From NCBI GenBank assembly GCA_965243735.1, contig CBDEVZ010000008.1, positions 3,700,017 through 3,764,016 of the forward strand: a stretch of DNA of 64,000 nucleotides. The letters run 5' to 3'. The stretch is from an uncultured Candidatus Binatia bacterium (GTDB lineage Bacteria > Desulfobacterota > Binatia > Bin18). The notes under the pieces were generated by a model, which ran no database searches, was not told the origin of the DNA, and was given only the letters and a program-made list of their open reading frames with translations. Below are positions 1-9,324 of this stretch, piece by piece (position 1 is the stretch's first letter; each line of letters opens with the position of its first letter). The position numbers were made by a program, and so were the translations under genes.

Positions 1-489
1 GTTCTGGTCAGCTTTGCCGAAGCCTTTCCCGGCTGTCAGGTGATCGGCATTGAGCCCCTGCCGTATTTTGTCCACAGCTCACGCCAGCGCCTGGCAGAGC
101 GGGGTCTGGCCCGGCGGGTTCGGGTTGAATCGGTCGGTGGCGAGGGGATGGACTTCGAGCAGACCGCCGATCTGATCACCATGGTCCAGGTCTTTCACGA
201 GCTGCCGGATACGGAGAAAATTGCCATTCTGCGCCGCTGCCATCACGCCCTCAAACCCGGCGGCAGCCTGCTGCTGGTCGACCGCTGCGCGCCGGAGAGC
301 GCCCAGGACATTCAGGACCGGCGCTTCAGCATGAGCATCCTGGAGCAGTGGTTTGAGGTTACCTGGGGCAATATCGTCAACACCCGAAGCGAAATCCTGG
401 CCATGCTGCGCCAGACGGGTTTCAGTGTCAGCCAGGAAAACCCCGATATGGTTCCGACCTACTGGTCGTTTGTAGCGGACAAGAGCTGA
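1..489 (+). CDS. Class I SAM-dependent methyltransferase, C-terminal part (5' end outside window)
   Basis: Frame is open from base 1 (VLVSFAEAFPGCQVIGIEP...). Motifs 'VIGIEP', 'ADLITMVQVFHEL' and 'ALKPGGSLLLVD' are typical of class I methyltransferases. Confidence 0.8.
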   Translation, partial: VLVSFAEAFPGCQVIGIEPLPYFVHSSRQRLAERGLARRVRVESVGGEGMDFEQTADLITMVQVFHELPDTEKIAILRRCHHALKPGGSLLLVDRCAPESAQDIQDRRFSMSILEQWFEVTWGNIVNTRSEILAMLRQTGFSVSQENPDMVPTYWSFVADKS

Positions 490-518
490 GGGCCGCAGGC
501 GGTCCCCCGGAGCATCGT

Positions 519-1502
519 ATGTCTCGACTTGGCATGGTTGTGTATCACGGCATTGAAAGCGGCGCCGAGCTGGCCGAGTACGGCCGGATTGCCGAAGGAG
601 CAGGGTTCGACTCGCTGTGGGTCACCGAGCGCTATTTTCACGAGGAAACCTTCTCACTGTTAGGCTATCTGGCGGCCGTCACCCGGACGCTCACGCTCGG
701 TGTCGGAGTGGTCAATCCGTATACCCGCAACCCGGCCCTGCTGGCCATGGCTGCGGCGACTTTGGACCGGCTCAGCGGCGGGCGGCTGGTGCTGGGACTG
801 GGCCGCAGCGAGCCGGCGGTCATTCAGGACAAAATGGGCATTCGCTATGGCAAGGCCGGCGCGGCCATGGAGGGGGCGGTCAGCCTGCTTAACCGCCTGC
901 TGGCGGGTCAGCGGGTGAGCGCCACGGCCGGTCCGTTCAGCCTGTCCAACGCCAAGCTGTCGCCCGAGCCGATTCGGAAAACGCCGATTTATCTGGCCGC
1001 CATCGGCCGCAAGGGCCTGGGGCTGGCCGGCGCGATTGCCGACGGAGTGGTGCTGAACGCCTATGTGCCGACCAGCTATGTGGGCTATGCGGTCGAAGAA
1101 ATCCGCAGTGCCGCGCGGGCCACCGGCCGCGACCCGGCCGCGATTGACATCAGCTGCATGCTCGTCGTCCGCCTCACCGACGAGCCGCAGCGGCTGTACC
1201 CGGGGCTGAAAAGACGTTTGGCGCGTCTGCTGGACGAGGATTTTGTCGGAGAAATCCTGCTCGAAAAAGGCGGCTTTGACCCGGGCATTCTGGCACCCCT
1301 GCGGGCGGCCTACCGCAGCCGGGATGAAGAAACTGCGGCCAAACTGGTAACCGACGAGATGGTGAACGCCTTCTATGTAATCGGGCCGGCCGAGACCTGC
1401 AAAGAGCGCATCAACGCCTACCGGGCAGCCGGGGTTGATGCCCCCCTGCTGTTGCCGCGTCTGGAGGATTATCGCAAGGTGGCCGAGGCCCTGCGAGACT
1501 AG
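519..1502 (+). CDS. LLM-class (luciferase-like) flavin/F420-dependent oxidoreductase, Mer-like
   Basis: Motifs 'AEGAGFDSLWVTE', 'LGVGVVNPYTRNPALLAMAAATLDRLSGGRLVLGLG' and 'PIYLAAIG...LAGAIADGV'. Confidence 0.9.
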   Translation: MSRLGMVVYHGIESGAELAEYGRIAEGAGFDSLWVTERYFHEETFSLLGYLAAVTRTLTLGVGVVNPYTRNPALLAMAAATLDRLSGGRLVLGLGRSEPAVIQDKMGIRYGKAGAAMEGAVSLLNRLLAGQRVSATAGPFSLSNAKLSPEPIRKTPIYLAAIGRKGLGLAGAIADGVVLNAYVPTSYVGYAVEEIRSAARATGRDPAAIDISCMLVVRLTDEPQRLYPGLKRRLARLLDEDFVGEILLEKGGFDPGILAPLRAAYRSRDEETAAKLVTDEMVNAFYVIGPAETCKERINAYRAAGVDAPLLLPRLEDYRKVAEALRD

Positions 1503-1566
1503 CCTCTACCGACCTCCGCCCCGCCAACCTCCAGCAGAGTGATCGGCAAAGCCGTATTCTTCACCT

Positions 1567-1594
1567 TTGACTTTTGCCCTTTGACTTTCCTGTC
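1567..1594. repeat. Heptameric dispersed repeat, copy 1 (ttgactt-ttgccct-ttgactt-tcctgtc)
   Basis: 26/28 nt identical to 37127-37154; lies at the 3' end of a minus-strand gene. Confidence 0.7.
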
Positions 1595-2462
1595 ACTCCG
1601 TCCAACTGGCCTTCACCCCAGCCAAAAAATCAAGCACGGCCAGCCCAAAGGCATCGTTCTGGTCTCCGGCCACCATATGGCCCGCGCCCGAGACATCCAC
1701 GTACTGGGCGTGGGGCACGGCGTGGCGAAACTCGTCGGCGGTCTCTTCACTGACCACATCGCTGATTTTTCCGCGGACCAGCAGGGTCGGCACGGTCAGA
1801 CCCCGAGCGGCCGCCAACATCCGCTCGGGGTCGCGTCGCAACCGGGCCGGGCTCAGCATCTGGGGGTCCCAGTGCCAGCGGTAGCGGCCGTCCTCGCCCT
1901 TGCGCAGATTTTTTTCGAGGCCGCTCAGATTCTTGGGTCGTGGCCGGTGGGGCAGATAGGCAGCCACATAGTCGGCCGCCTCTTCGAGGTCGGCAAAGCC
2001 ATTCGGCCGGCCGGTCATGAAGGCCCGGATACGGTCAACCCCCTCTTGCTCCACCCGGGGCGTGATATCCACCAGCACGACGGCCGAGCTGACCGGCTCG
2101 GCCGACTCGCCCTCGGTCAGCAGGGAGGTCATGCCGCCCAGCGAGGCGCCGATCAGGACCGGCCGCTGGCTGAAATGACCCAGGATTTTGTGGAGATCGG
2201 CCACATAAGCGTCGATATTATAGTTGCCGTCCGGCGCCCAGCCGCTGTCGCCGTGGCCGCGCAGGTCGATTGAGACCGCATACCAGCCCTGCTCGGCCAG
2301 GGTCCGCGCCGTCCCGCCCCAGGCGTAACGGGTCTGTCCTCCGCCGTGCAAGAGCAGAACCGGCGGGGCGTCGCTCGCCCCCCAGGCATCGGCGGTCAGC
2401 CTCAGTTGAGTCTCGACCTGATAGTGGATCTTTTGCGGAGAACCGGTGTTGTGTCCTGCCAT
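1593..2462 (-). CDS. Alpha/beta fold hydrolase
   Basis: 'LLHGGGQT' oxyanion loop, nucleophile elbow 'GASLGG', His motif 'AGHMVAGD'. Start trimmed to the ATG at 2462 (MAGHNTG), which follows a GGAAG. Confidence 0.88.
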   Translation of the reverse strand: MAGHNTGSPQKIHYQVETQLRLTADAWGASDAPPVLLLHGGGQTRYAWGGTARTLAEQGWYAVSIDLRGHGDSGWAPDGNYNIDAYVADLHKILGHFSQRPVLIGASLGGMTSLLTEGESAEPVSSAVVLVDITPRVEQEGVDRIRAFMTGRPNGFADLEEAADYVAAYLPHRPRPKNLSGLEKNLRKGEDGRYRWHWDPQMLSPARLRRDPERMLAAARGLTVPTLLVRGKISDVVSEETADEFRHAVPHAQYVDVSGAGHMVAGDQNDAFGLAVLDFLAGVKASWTE

Positions 2463-2632
2463 CGCACTTCCTTGTGTCTCGAAATGATGCCGCAGCCTAA
2501 CAGGACGACAGGCCCAAGACAAGTCTTATCCAACTGAACGCTCAGTCAGCCAGCCCTGCCTATTGACCCGGCCGAAAGAATTGAGTACCGAGCGAGGAGC
2601 ACCCGACGGGTGTGCGGGAAGGAACGGACAGG

Positions 2633-3544
2633 ATGGCTGACAACGCAAATTTTACGGCCGACCCGCGCTACGCGGGCTGCGAGCAGATCACGACGGTCGG
2701 CGCCAGGGTGCTCAACAGCCGACGCGCGTTTCGGGCGCAGTCTCAGCTGGTGTGGGCGGTTCAGAGTGCGGGCAGAGCCTATCTGCAACGGCGTTCCGGG
2801 CAGCATCGCTCCGGGCCTGGTCCAGACGCTACTCCCTGGCAGCGGCTCCAGTCGGCCTATGGACGGATCAGGGTGCCGATTCCCGAAGGTCATGCGGCCC
2901 GCAGTCGGGTTGCCCGGCTTGAGGCCGGCGACGCCGCAGACCTGATCTACATCGGGGTTGAGGACCTGGACGCCGGCGGCCTGGGCTCAAAGTTTGTGGT
3001 GGCTTTTTCCGAGCGTCCGGCTGCGGTCGAAAACCTGCCGTCGCTGGCCAGCCTGCCCGATCACAGCTGGCAACCGGCCGTTCTGCCGACCGACCAGGCG
3101 CTGCGCTGGTTGGGACCGCCAGCCGAGAGCATCGAAGCCCTGGCCGCCCAGGCGAGTCTGATGTCGATCAACCGTTCCAAAGCGTTTGACCGACAGCTGG
3201 GCGTGGCACCTGAGCAGACCGGAAAGAGCAGACGGCTGTATATGGCGCTCGACCTCCGCATTGACCGCCTGGCGGAGTGGCCCGGCACGCCTGACGCACC
3301 GCTGGTGGCCTACCACCGGACCGAGCTGTTACAGCCGGACTCCGGCTCACACCTGCACCAGCTGCTGCTCGCTCCGGTCGCCAGCCGAGAGTTCTTATGC
3401 CGGGCGGTGGTGCACATTGTGCGGATAGGGCCGCGCCAGGACACGGCGCGGCCGTGGGGAACGATTACCGCGGCCGGAGTAGCCACCAAGCCGCAGCGGC
3501 TGGACGGGTTGTTCTTTTACCCGGCGCTCGACTTTGTGGCCTGA
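2633..3544 (+). CDS. Hypothetical protein (about 303 aa), no recognisable family
   Basis: Long ORF with host-like codon use filling the gap between two real genes. AGGA lies just upstream of the ATG at 2633. Confidence 0.6.
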   Translation: MADNANFTADPRYAGCEQITTVGARVLNSRRAFRAQSQLVWAVQSAGRAYLQRRSGQHRSGPGPDATPWQRLQSAYGRIRVPIPEGHAARSRVARLEAGDAADLIYIGVEDLDAGGLGSKFVVAFSERPAAVENLPSLASLPDHSWQPAVLPTDQALRWLGPPAESIEALAAQASLMSINRSKAFDRQLGVAPEQTGKSRRLYMALDLRIDRLAEWPGTPDAPLVAYHRTELLQPDSGSHLHQLLLAPVASREFLCRAVVHIVRIGPRQDTARPWGTITAAGVATKPQRLDGLFFYPALDFVA

Positions 3545-3574
3545 GAGAAATCGGCCGACGCCCGGCACGATGGC

Positions 3575-5338
3575 TCACTGTTTGGTAAAGACAAAGCTCT
3601 GGCCCATGTCCGCCCGTATGTTCTTCATATGGGTGACGTATTTGGGGAAGCCGCCGTTGTAGTTGCCGTCCTGGCGGCGCTGAAACTCGCCCTCGAAGTT
3701 GTAATAGCCCGGCGTGCAGTCCTGGTTGCGGGTCGTTTTGCCGCGGTGTTTGATGACCTCCTGCACCCACCACTCCTCGGCCTCGGGGGTCGGGTCTATG
3801 GACTGGTAGCCGTGGCGACGCACGTGGTCGATGCAGGCCGCGATATGATCGCCCTGGGACTGGAGCATGTCGGTCAGGTTGAACTGAAACGAGGCCTGGT
3901 AGCCGCCCATGATGAACAGGTTGGGATAGCCCTGGGAGTGGATGCCGAGCAGGGTGCGGATGCCACTGCTGTACTTGTCGGTCAGGTCCAGGCCGCCCTC
4001 GCCCCTGATCTGGTTGTAGATGCCGGTCTTCTGGACCTCAAAGCCGGTGGCGTAGATCAGCACATCGAGCTTGTACTGTTGGCCCTCAAACACCGGTCCC
4101 GCAGCCGTGATCTCGGTGATGCCCTTGCCGTGGGTATCGATCAGGTGGACGGTGGGCCGGTTGAAGGTCGGCAGGTACTCGTTGTGAAAACAGGGCCGCT
4201 TGCACATGAACATATACCACGGCTTGAGCGCCTCGGCCGTGGTCTTGTCCTTGACAATCTCGTCGATGCGTTTGTGGATACGCATCATGTAGTCGATGTT
4301 GGCGTTCTCCTGCCGCCTGACCTTCTCTTCGCGGGACATGGCGGCGCGCTCGGCTTTCTGCTCAGGGGTGAGCCGGGGGCCCCGCATGGCCCGCTCGCGG
4401 CGCTTGGCCTGCCAACCCGGCTTGAGCGTACGCGCCCATTCGGGGTCGGTCTGCCAGTCGTCCCGAATGTCGATTGAGGACGGGGTGCGCTGAAAGACGT
4501 ACAGCTCCTTGGCCGCCGCACCCAGGCCGGGAATGGCCTGGACTGCGGTCGCTCCGGTGCCGATGATGCCCACGACCTTATCTTCCAGACCTGACAGGTC
4601 ATCCCCGGTGTACGCATAGTCCCAGCGTGAGGTGTGGAAGGAGTGGCCCTGGAAGGTCTCCATGCCCGCGATCTTGGACAGCTTGGGCTTGGACAGGGTG
4701 CCGTTGGCGCAGATCACAAACCGCGCCTTCATATGGTCACCCCGGTCGGTGCTCAGGTGCCACATCTCTTCTTCTGCGTCCCACACCGTGGAGGTAACAG
4801 TGGTCTGGAACACGGCCAGCTTGTACAAATCGTACTTCCTGGCAATGGCCTGACAGTGGGCCAGGATTTCCGGTCCCTTGGCGTAGTGGTCCTTGGGCAC
4901 ATAGTCCATCTCGTCGAGCAGGGGCAGGTAGTCGTACGACACCACGTCACAGGCCACCCCCGGGTAGCGGTTCCAGTACCAGGTGCCGCCCACGTCGGCG
5001 CCACGCTCGACAATGCGGATACTCTCGACGCCGTACTCGCGCAGCCGGGCCGAGGTCAGCAGGGCCGAGAAGCCGCCGCCGATGAACAGACACTCGACCG
5101 TATCGTTGATCGGCTCGCGGGGCTCGAGTTCGCCGCCGTAAGGATCAAGCTCATAGCGGGCAAAGCTGCCGCTCAGGTCGGACGTGTACTGGGCCGTGCC
5201 CTCGGGCCGGTAGTTGAGCCGGAGGTCGCGCTCCTCGGCGAATTTCTGCTTGATGGCGTCGTAGTAGTCTTGCGACTTACCGGACTTTGAGAGGCCGTCC
5301 ATGGTACCGATCAGGGGCTTTTCCTGCGTATCAGTCAT
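3575..5338 (-). CDS. Baeyer-Villiger-type flavin-containing monooxygenase (cyclohexanone monooxygenase family)
   Basis: Two Rossmann motifs (IGGGFSA; IGTGATA) and both BVMO fingerprints: '[15 protein letters not shown]' and '[12 protein letters not shown]' (FxGxxxHxxxWD). Confidence 0.92.
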   Translation of the reverse strand: MTDTQEKPLIGTMDGLSKSGKSQDYYDAIKQKFAEERDLRLNYRPEGTAQYTSDLSGSFARYELDPYGGELEPREPINDTVECLFIGGGFSALLTSARLREYGVESIRIVERGADVGGTWYWNRYPGVACDVVSYDYLPLLDEMDYVPKDHYAKGPEILAHCQAIARKYDLYKLAVFQTTVTSTVWDAEEEMWHLSTDRGDHMKARFVICANGTLSKPKLSKIAGMETFQGHSFHTSRWDYAYTGDDLSGLEDKVVGIIGTGATAVQAIPGLGAAAKELYVFQRTPSSIDIRDDWQTDPEWARTLKPGWQAKRRERAMRGPRLTPEQKAERAAMSREEKVRRQENANIDYMMRIHKRIDEIVKDKTTAEALKPWYMFMCKRPCFHNEYLPTFNRPTVHLIDTHGKGITEITAAGPVFEGQQYKLDVLIYATGFEVQKTGIYNQIRGEGGLDLTDKYSSGIRTLLGIHSQGYPNLFIMGGYQASFQFNLTDMLQSQGDHIAACIDHVRRHGYQSIDPTPEAEEWWVQEVIKHRGKTTRNQDCTPGYYNFEGEFQRRQDGNYNGGFPKYVTHMKNIRADMGQSFVFTKQ

Positions 5339-5463
5339 GTCTCACCCTCCGTACATGGGGATGGGCTGGCGGCGACTGCGCCAGGCGGGCTGTCAACGGA
5401 TGAATGGGCTGAGAAGAGGAACAGGGGGCGCGGGACGTGGGGCATGTCCTGCGCCTGGGAAAA

Positions 5464-5495
5464 CGTGAACGATGCCATGGTGGTCATCGTTCACG
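5464..5495 (-). terminator. Intrinsic terminator-like hairpin downstream of the ABM gene
   Basis: Perfect 11-bp stem cgtgaacgatg/catcgttcacg with a 10-nt loop, followed by TTTT on the minus strand (aaaa at 5460-5463). Confidence 0.6.
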
Positions 5496-5504
5496 CGGGC
5501 GGTC

Positions 5505-5801
5505 TCAGACATCGACCCGGTCAAAATACTTGATGCTGGGCGGTCCGACCAGGGCTTTACCGAGCTGCTCCATGGCGCCGGTCTCGGTCCGCCAGTTCAG
5601 ATAGCGCTGGTAGTGCTCTTTTGAGTCCCAGCGTTCGTAGAGCACCAGATGACCGCTTTGGTCCAGGTCCTCATAGACATCGAGCCCCTGACAGCCGTCG
5701 TAGGCGCGGGTATCGGGCAGCAGATCTTTGAAAGAGGCTTTGACCCCGGCCACAGCCTCGGGCTTGACGTGCATGTCGAGTATGACCACTGTTGTCGCCA
5801 T
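5505..5801 (-). CDS. Antibiotic biosynthesis monooxygenase (ABM) domain protein
   Basis: 98 aa with ABM pattern 'DTRAYDGCQGLDVYED...LVLYERWDSKEHYQRY'; AGGAGG RBS upstream. Confidence 0.85.
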   Translation of the reverse strand: MATTVVILDMHVKPEAVAGVKASFKDLLPDTRAYDGCQGLDVYEDLDQSGHLVLYERWDSKEHYQRYLNWRTETGAMEQLGKALVGPPSIKYFDRVDV

Positions 5802-5886
5802 TCTTGCGTCCTCCTATAGGTGAGATATGCCCTGTCGGGCGGTCCGAATCTAATCAAGTTGTCGGGCGTGTGTCAAACCTGCCGGG

Positions 5887-6483
5887 TCACGACAGGAGGG
5901 TTTGGCCCTTCTCGGGCGGGGCGACTGACAGCCGGTCGAAGCGGTGGTCAACCAGCTCATCGGCCCGGGCCAACAGGTCGTCATTGGTGGTGAATTTCTC
6001 GACCATGTAGCTGAGATCGCTCAGATCGTGGATGAGCAGCTTGACGGCCTGGTCGCGGATCATTTTCTCCTTGACAACCTGGAGCAACTCCACCACCACG
6101 TCCTCAAGCTCCGAGCTTTCAATATCAATCGCCATCTCGAACGCCCGCTCTACCCCGAGTCCGGTATCGACCTCGCGCCCATAGGCTCTGAGCAGAGAAC
6201 GCAGGCGGACCACCGAGGACGGGTCAAACCAGACTTTGCTGGTCTCGGCCACGTCCGGCTCGCTCTCCAGGACGCCTTCGACCAGGGCCAGGGCGCCAAG
6301 GTGGCCGGCTTCGTGGCGGGCCATGGCAAACCAGAATTTCCGCAGGTCTTCCTGATCGTTGAAGACCTGGGCGAAACGCATATACAGCGCCATGGTCTTC
6401 TTTTCCAGATTGACCGCAGTGCGGAGAATGTCCTTCAGCGTCACCCGCTGCGGACGACGGTGCAGATCAGCTCGCTCGGCCAT
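5887..6483 (-). CDS. Ferritin-like/rubrerythrin-family protein
   Basis: Helical pattern 'AVNLEKKTMALY...FWFAMARHEAGH' (ExxH) and second-half 'AFEMAIDIE'. Start uncertain. Confidence 0.65.
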   Translation of the reverse strand: MAERADLHRRPQRVTLKDILRTAVNLEKKTMALYMRFAQVFNDQEDLRKFWFAMARHEAGHLGALALVEGVLESEPDVAETSKVWFDPSSVVRLRSLLRAYGREVDTGLGVERAFEMAIDIESSELEDVVVELLQVVKEKMIRDQAVKLLIHDLSDLSYMVEKFTTNDDLLARADELVDHRFDRLSVAPPEKGQTLLS

Positions 6484-6562
6484 AGCCGAGTCATAGCAGA
6501 AGCGGACGGCAGAGTACAAGCAGACACGACCAACCGCAGCGCAAATCCGAACGCGACAAGCC

Positions 6563-6590
6563 TTGGCCGCAACGAGAGGTCTGCTATAAC
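6563..6590 (+). promoter_or_regulatory. Putative sigma70 promoter for the 6606 gene
   Basis: TTGGCC-16 nt-TATAAC with an extended -10 TG at 6582-6583. Confidence 0.4.
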
Positions 6591-6605
6591 AAGGGCAAGA
6601 CAGGC

Positions 6606-7253
6606 ATGACGATGGCCACCATCAACACCATAGAAGACCTGTTCCAGGTCCTGGACGAGAACCCCCAGTGGCTTGAAGCCCTGCGCGCCCGACTGCTGAC
6701 GCGCGAGTTGCTTGAGTTGCCCGAAAAATTCGCCCAGTTTGTCGCCGCCACGGAGAAGCGCTTCGACAATGTCGAACAACGCCTCGGCAATGTCGAGACT
6801 GCCGTCAAGTCGATTCGCGATGACCTCGCGCCGCTCAAGGGCACCCATGCCCGAAACGCCGCGCTCAGAGAGGCCGACCTCATAGCTGAGGAGCTGGGAT
6901 TCACGCTGGTGCGAACCCTGAACCAGCAGGACATCAAAGCCCTCGTCCAGTCCCAAAACACGCCAGACATTCCCACAAACGAACTGCGAAGCTTCCGCCG
7001 GGCCGATCTGATTATGGAGGCTACGAACCGGGCGGGCGAAACCTGTTATCTGGCCGTCGAGGTCTCCTTCACCGCCAACGGACGGGACACGACCAGGGCC
7101 GTCCGCAACGCCGAATTCCTGAGCAGGTTTACCGGCAGGCGCTGCCGCGCTGTCGTGGCCGGCCTGCACCGGGATAGGCGGATACAGACCAGCATCGAAT
7201 CCGGAGCAGTGTCCTGGTATCAGCTCGACCCGCAAGCCCTGGAAGCCGAATAG
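6606..7253 (+). CDS. Hypothetical protein with short coiled coil and C-terminal PD-(D/E)xK-like (restriction endonuclease-like) domain
   Basis: Coiled-coil segment 'TEKRFDNVEQRLGNVETAVKSIRDDL' followed by 'RADLIMEATNRAGETCYLAVEVS', a D...E-x-S nuclease-fold pattern. Confidence 0.6.
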   Translation: MTMATINTIEDLFQVLDENPQWLEALRARLLTRELLELPEKFAQFVAATEKRFDNVEQRLGNVETAVKSIRDDLAPLKGTHARNAALREADLIAEELGFTLVRTLNQQDIKALVQSQNTPDIPTNELRSFRRADLIMEATNRAGETCYLAVEVSFTANGRDTTRAVRNAEFLSRFTGRRCRAVVAGLHRDRRIQTSIESGAVSWYQLDPQALEAE

Positions 7254-7269
7254 CCGCCCCCTACCCTGT

Positions 7270-7470
7270 TCAGGGATACACACACGGGCGGATGGACCAG
7301 CGGTAGCGTATCCCGGCGTACTCAAGCTCGCGGGCTGGATCGCCGGTTTTGTGGGCTGTCGCGATTTGCTCGGATACGGCGGGAGGAATCTCGGCGGGGC
7401 TCAGGGTGCGGCCGTCGGCAACGACGTCAATGATAATGTCGAGTACGCCTTCGGGCGGGGGGTCGCTCAT
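7270..7470 (-). CDS. Small hypothetical protein (66 aa, MSDPPPEGVLDIIID...)
   Basis: The ATG overlaps the TGA of the upstream phosphoesterase gene (ATGA overlap at 7467-7470), implying translational coupling. Confidence 0.6.
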   Translation of the reverse strand: MSDPPPEGVLDIIIDVVADGRTLSPAEIPPAVSEQIATAHKTGDPARELEYAGIRYRWSIRPCVYP

Positions 7471-8225
7471 GCCGGCCCGAAGTGCAGCGAGCGCTGGTTC
7501 AGGCTGACTCCGCTGTCGGGGTCGAGGCTGACCACCACCACGCTGCCGGTCTCGTGGGCGCCCATGTGGAGCGGGGCGGGCGTGCCCGGATAACACGCCC
7601 GGGTCTGGCCGTGGGTGATGTCGGTGAAGACGTGCACATGGCCCAGGGCCAGGTAATCGAGCCTGGAGGCCGCCACCTCTTGGGGCGTGATCAGCGAGGA
7701 GCGCATGACCTCCACATCATCGACATAAAAGCCGTGGGCCATGCCGATATGCCAGTAATCGCCCTGGCGCTCGGGGACTCCGGCCAGGGGTTTGTAGTCG
7801 TGATCGTGCTCGACCAGGCCCTTGCCCCACACGGTGGCATGGAGATCGGGAAACTCCAGGACTTCGCCCGCTTCCGAGGTCAGGGTGAAAACGTGGGGCC
7901 CGGCATCACGGAAATCGACCTTTTTGTAGATCGAGCGTTGGTCGTAACAGTCGTGGTTGCCCGGAATCAGAACGACCGGACACGGCACCCGCGCCAGCTC
8001 GGTATACACAAACTCCACGCCCGATTCCTGGACCCGGTTCGAGTCGAACAGGTCACCGGCAATCAGAAACAGGTCGGCCCCTTCCTCGGCAACCGTATCA
8101 ACCACTTTTTGGAAGGCGTGCTGAATCCGGCTGCGGAAGGCCCGGCCTTCCTGACTCTTGCCAAAGGTATCACTCTCAAGATGAACGTCGGAGGTATGAA
8201 CGAGCTTCAGCGGGCGACGCGCCAT
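7467..8225 (-). CDS. Calcineurin-like metallophosphoesterase, SbcD/Mre11-like
   Basis: All five motifs present: HTSDVH, AGDLFD, PGNHD, AHG, LGHVH. Start trimmed to MARRPLKLVHTSD. Confidence 0.88.
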   Translation of the reverse strand: MARRPLKLVHTSDVHLESDTFGKSQEGRAFRSRIQHAFQKVVDTVAEEGADLFLIAGDLFDSNRVQESGVEFVYTELARVPCPVVLIPGNHDCYDQRSIYKKVDFRDAGPHVFTLTSEAGEVLEFPDLHATVWGKGLVEHDHDYKPLAGVPERQGDYWHIGMAHGFYVDDVEVMRSSLITPQEVAASRLDYLALGHVHVFTDITHGQTRACYPGTPAPLHMGAHETGSVVVVSLDPDSGVSLNQRSLHFGPA

Positions 8226-8260
8226 AGTGTATTCCTTGCTATTCCGGTGGCGGGCTCGGG

Positions 8261-8713
8261 CTAGGTAGCGGGATTGCGCAGCGGCAGGGTGACGGTTGCC
8301 CTGCCGGGGGTCAGGACTTTGCCGTGTCCGTTCTCGACCCAGATATCGCACTCCACATGCCCCAGCCCGTTTTCGATCCATTTCCTGGTGACCGTGCCTT
8401 TGCAGGCCAGCAGTTCGTTGACATACGCAATGTCCCGGTTGGCGTATGACATTTTTTTGAGCGTACCGCCCTCACCGATCCAGTTGGTCAGAAGCTGGGA
8501 CAGGAACGCGCCCCGCAGCGGACCGTGGACGACCACCTCCCGGTAGCCCTCTTGCAGGGTGAAGTCTCGATCAAAGTGGATGCGCTGCGGATTCCAGGTC
8601 ACCGCGCTGTACAGGAACAGCAGGGTATTGGACGGCGTTTTTTCCAGGCTGGGGAGAGCACTGCCCTCCTCGACATCTTCAAAATAGAGCTGTGGGTTTG
8701 CGACTGCGGCCAT
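8261..8713 (-). CDS. MaoC-like hotdog dehydratase (C-terminal-type subunit)
   Basis: 'NPQRIHFDRDF...VVVHGPL' hydratase-2-like motif. Confidence 0.82.
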   Translation of the reverse strand: MAAVANPQLYFEDVEEGSALPSLEKTPSNTLLFLYSAVTWNPQRIHFDRDFTLQEGYREVVVHGPLRGAFLSQLLTNWIGEGGTLKKMSYANRDIAYVNELLACKGTVTRKWIENGLGHVECDIWVENGHGKVLTPGRATVTLPLRNPAT

Positions 8714-8722
8714 ACCCGACTC

Positions 8723-9238
8723 CTAGCGCAGGATGCTCGCCCCTTTTTCGACCAGGACCAACTCCCCCCTCTGGTTGGTAAAGGTGGTCTCGCGCTGGAC
8801 AAAGATGAGCGGCCCTGAGCGGCCGTCTTTCTGGTAGATATCGGTGATCTTTGAGCGCCCGGTCAGCACATCGCCAACCCGGACGGGCTGCAAGAACTCA
8901 ATCTCGACACCGCCGTCCATCAGGCGTGGCAGAGGCGTGGGCGGAACCGGGAATTTGCCCTCAAAGGGCAGGCCGTCGGGCCGCAGCTCGGTCTCGGCCA
9001 CCGGCTCGGTCAGGGGCGCCATGTAAAACAGCGGCGGGGCGATCAGCCCGCCGTGGCGGCTGTTTTTAGCCCGCTCCTCGTCCGTATAGAGCGGGTTCGG
9101 GTCGTCCGTGGCGACCGCAAAACGCAGCACATCGCGGCGGCTGACCTGTATGGTCCAGGGCGGAACTTCGCGGCCGACCCACGACCGGATCTCGTCGGTG
9201 ATCAGCGATGCGGGCTGGGATTCGGGCTCACGCGCCAT
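8723..9238 (-). CDS. MaoC-family dehydratase, N-terminal-type subunit (FAS1-like hotdog)
   Basis: 'RDVLRFAVATDDPNPLY...GGLIAPPLF' and 'EIEFLQPVRVGDVLT'; forms a tandem pair with 8261-8713. Confidence 0.82.
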   Translation of the reverse strand: MAREPESQPASLITDEIRSWVGREVPPWTIQVSRRDVLRFAVATDDPNPLYTDEERAKNSRHGGLIAPPLFYMAPLTEPVAETELRPDGLPFEGKFPVPPTPLPRLMDGGVEIEFLQPVRVGDVLTGRSKITDIYQKDGRSGPLIFVQRETTFTNQRGELVLVEKGASILR

Positions 9239-9324
9239 GTCGGTCTCCACTCCGCATCTTCCTTAGCAGGCTTGGGCCGCCCAGTCTACGAGCCGGCCGA
9301 CCGCCTTTGAGGCCGGAGCGGAGT

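Noticed and set aside
40-518. Possible UGA read-through from the methyltransferase into the LLM gene
   Set aside because: The downstream ORF is in a different frame and there is no SECIS-like hairpin or redox motif.
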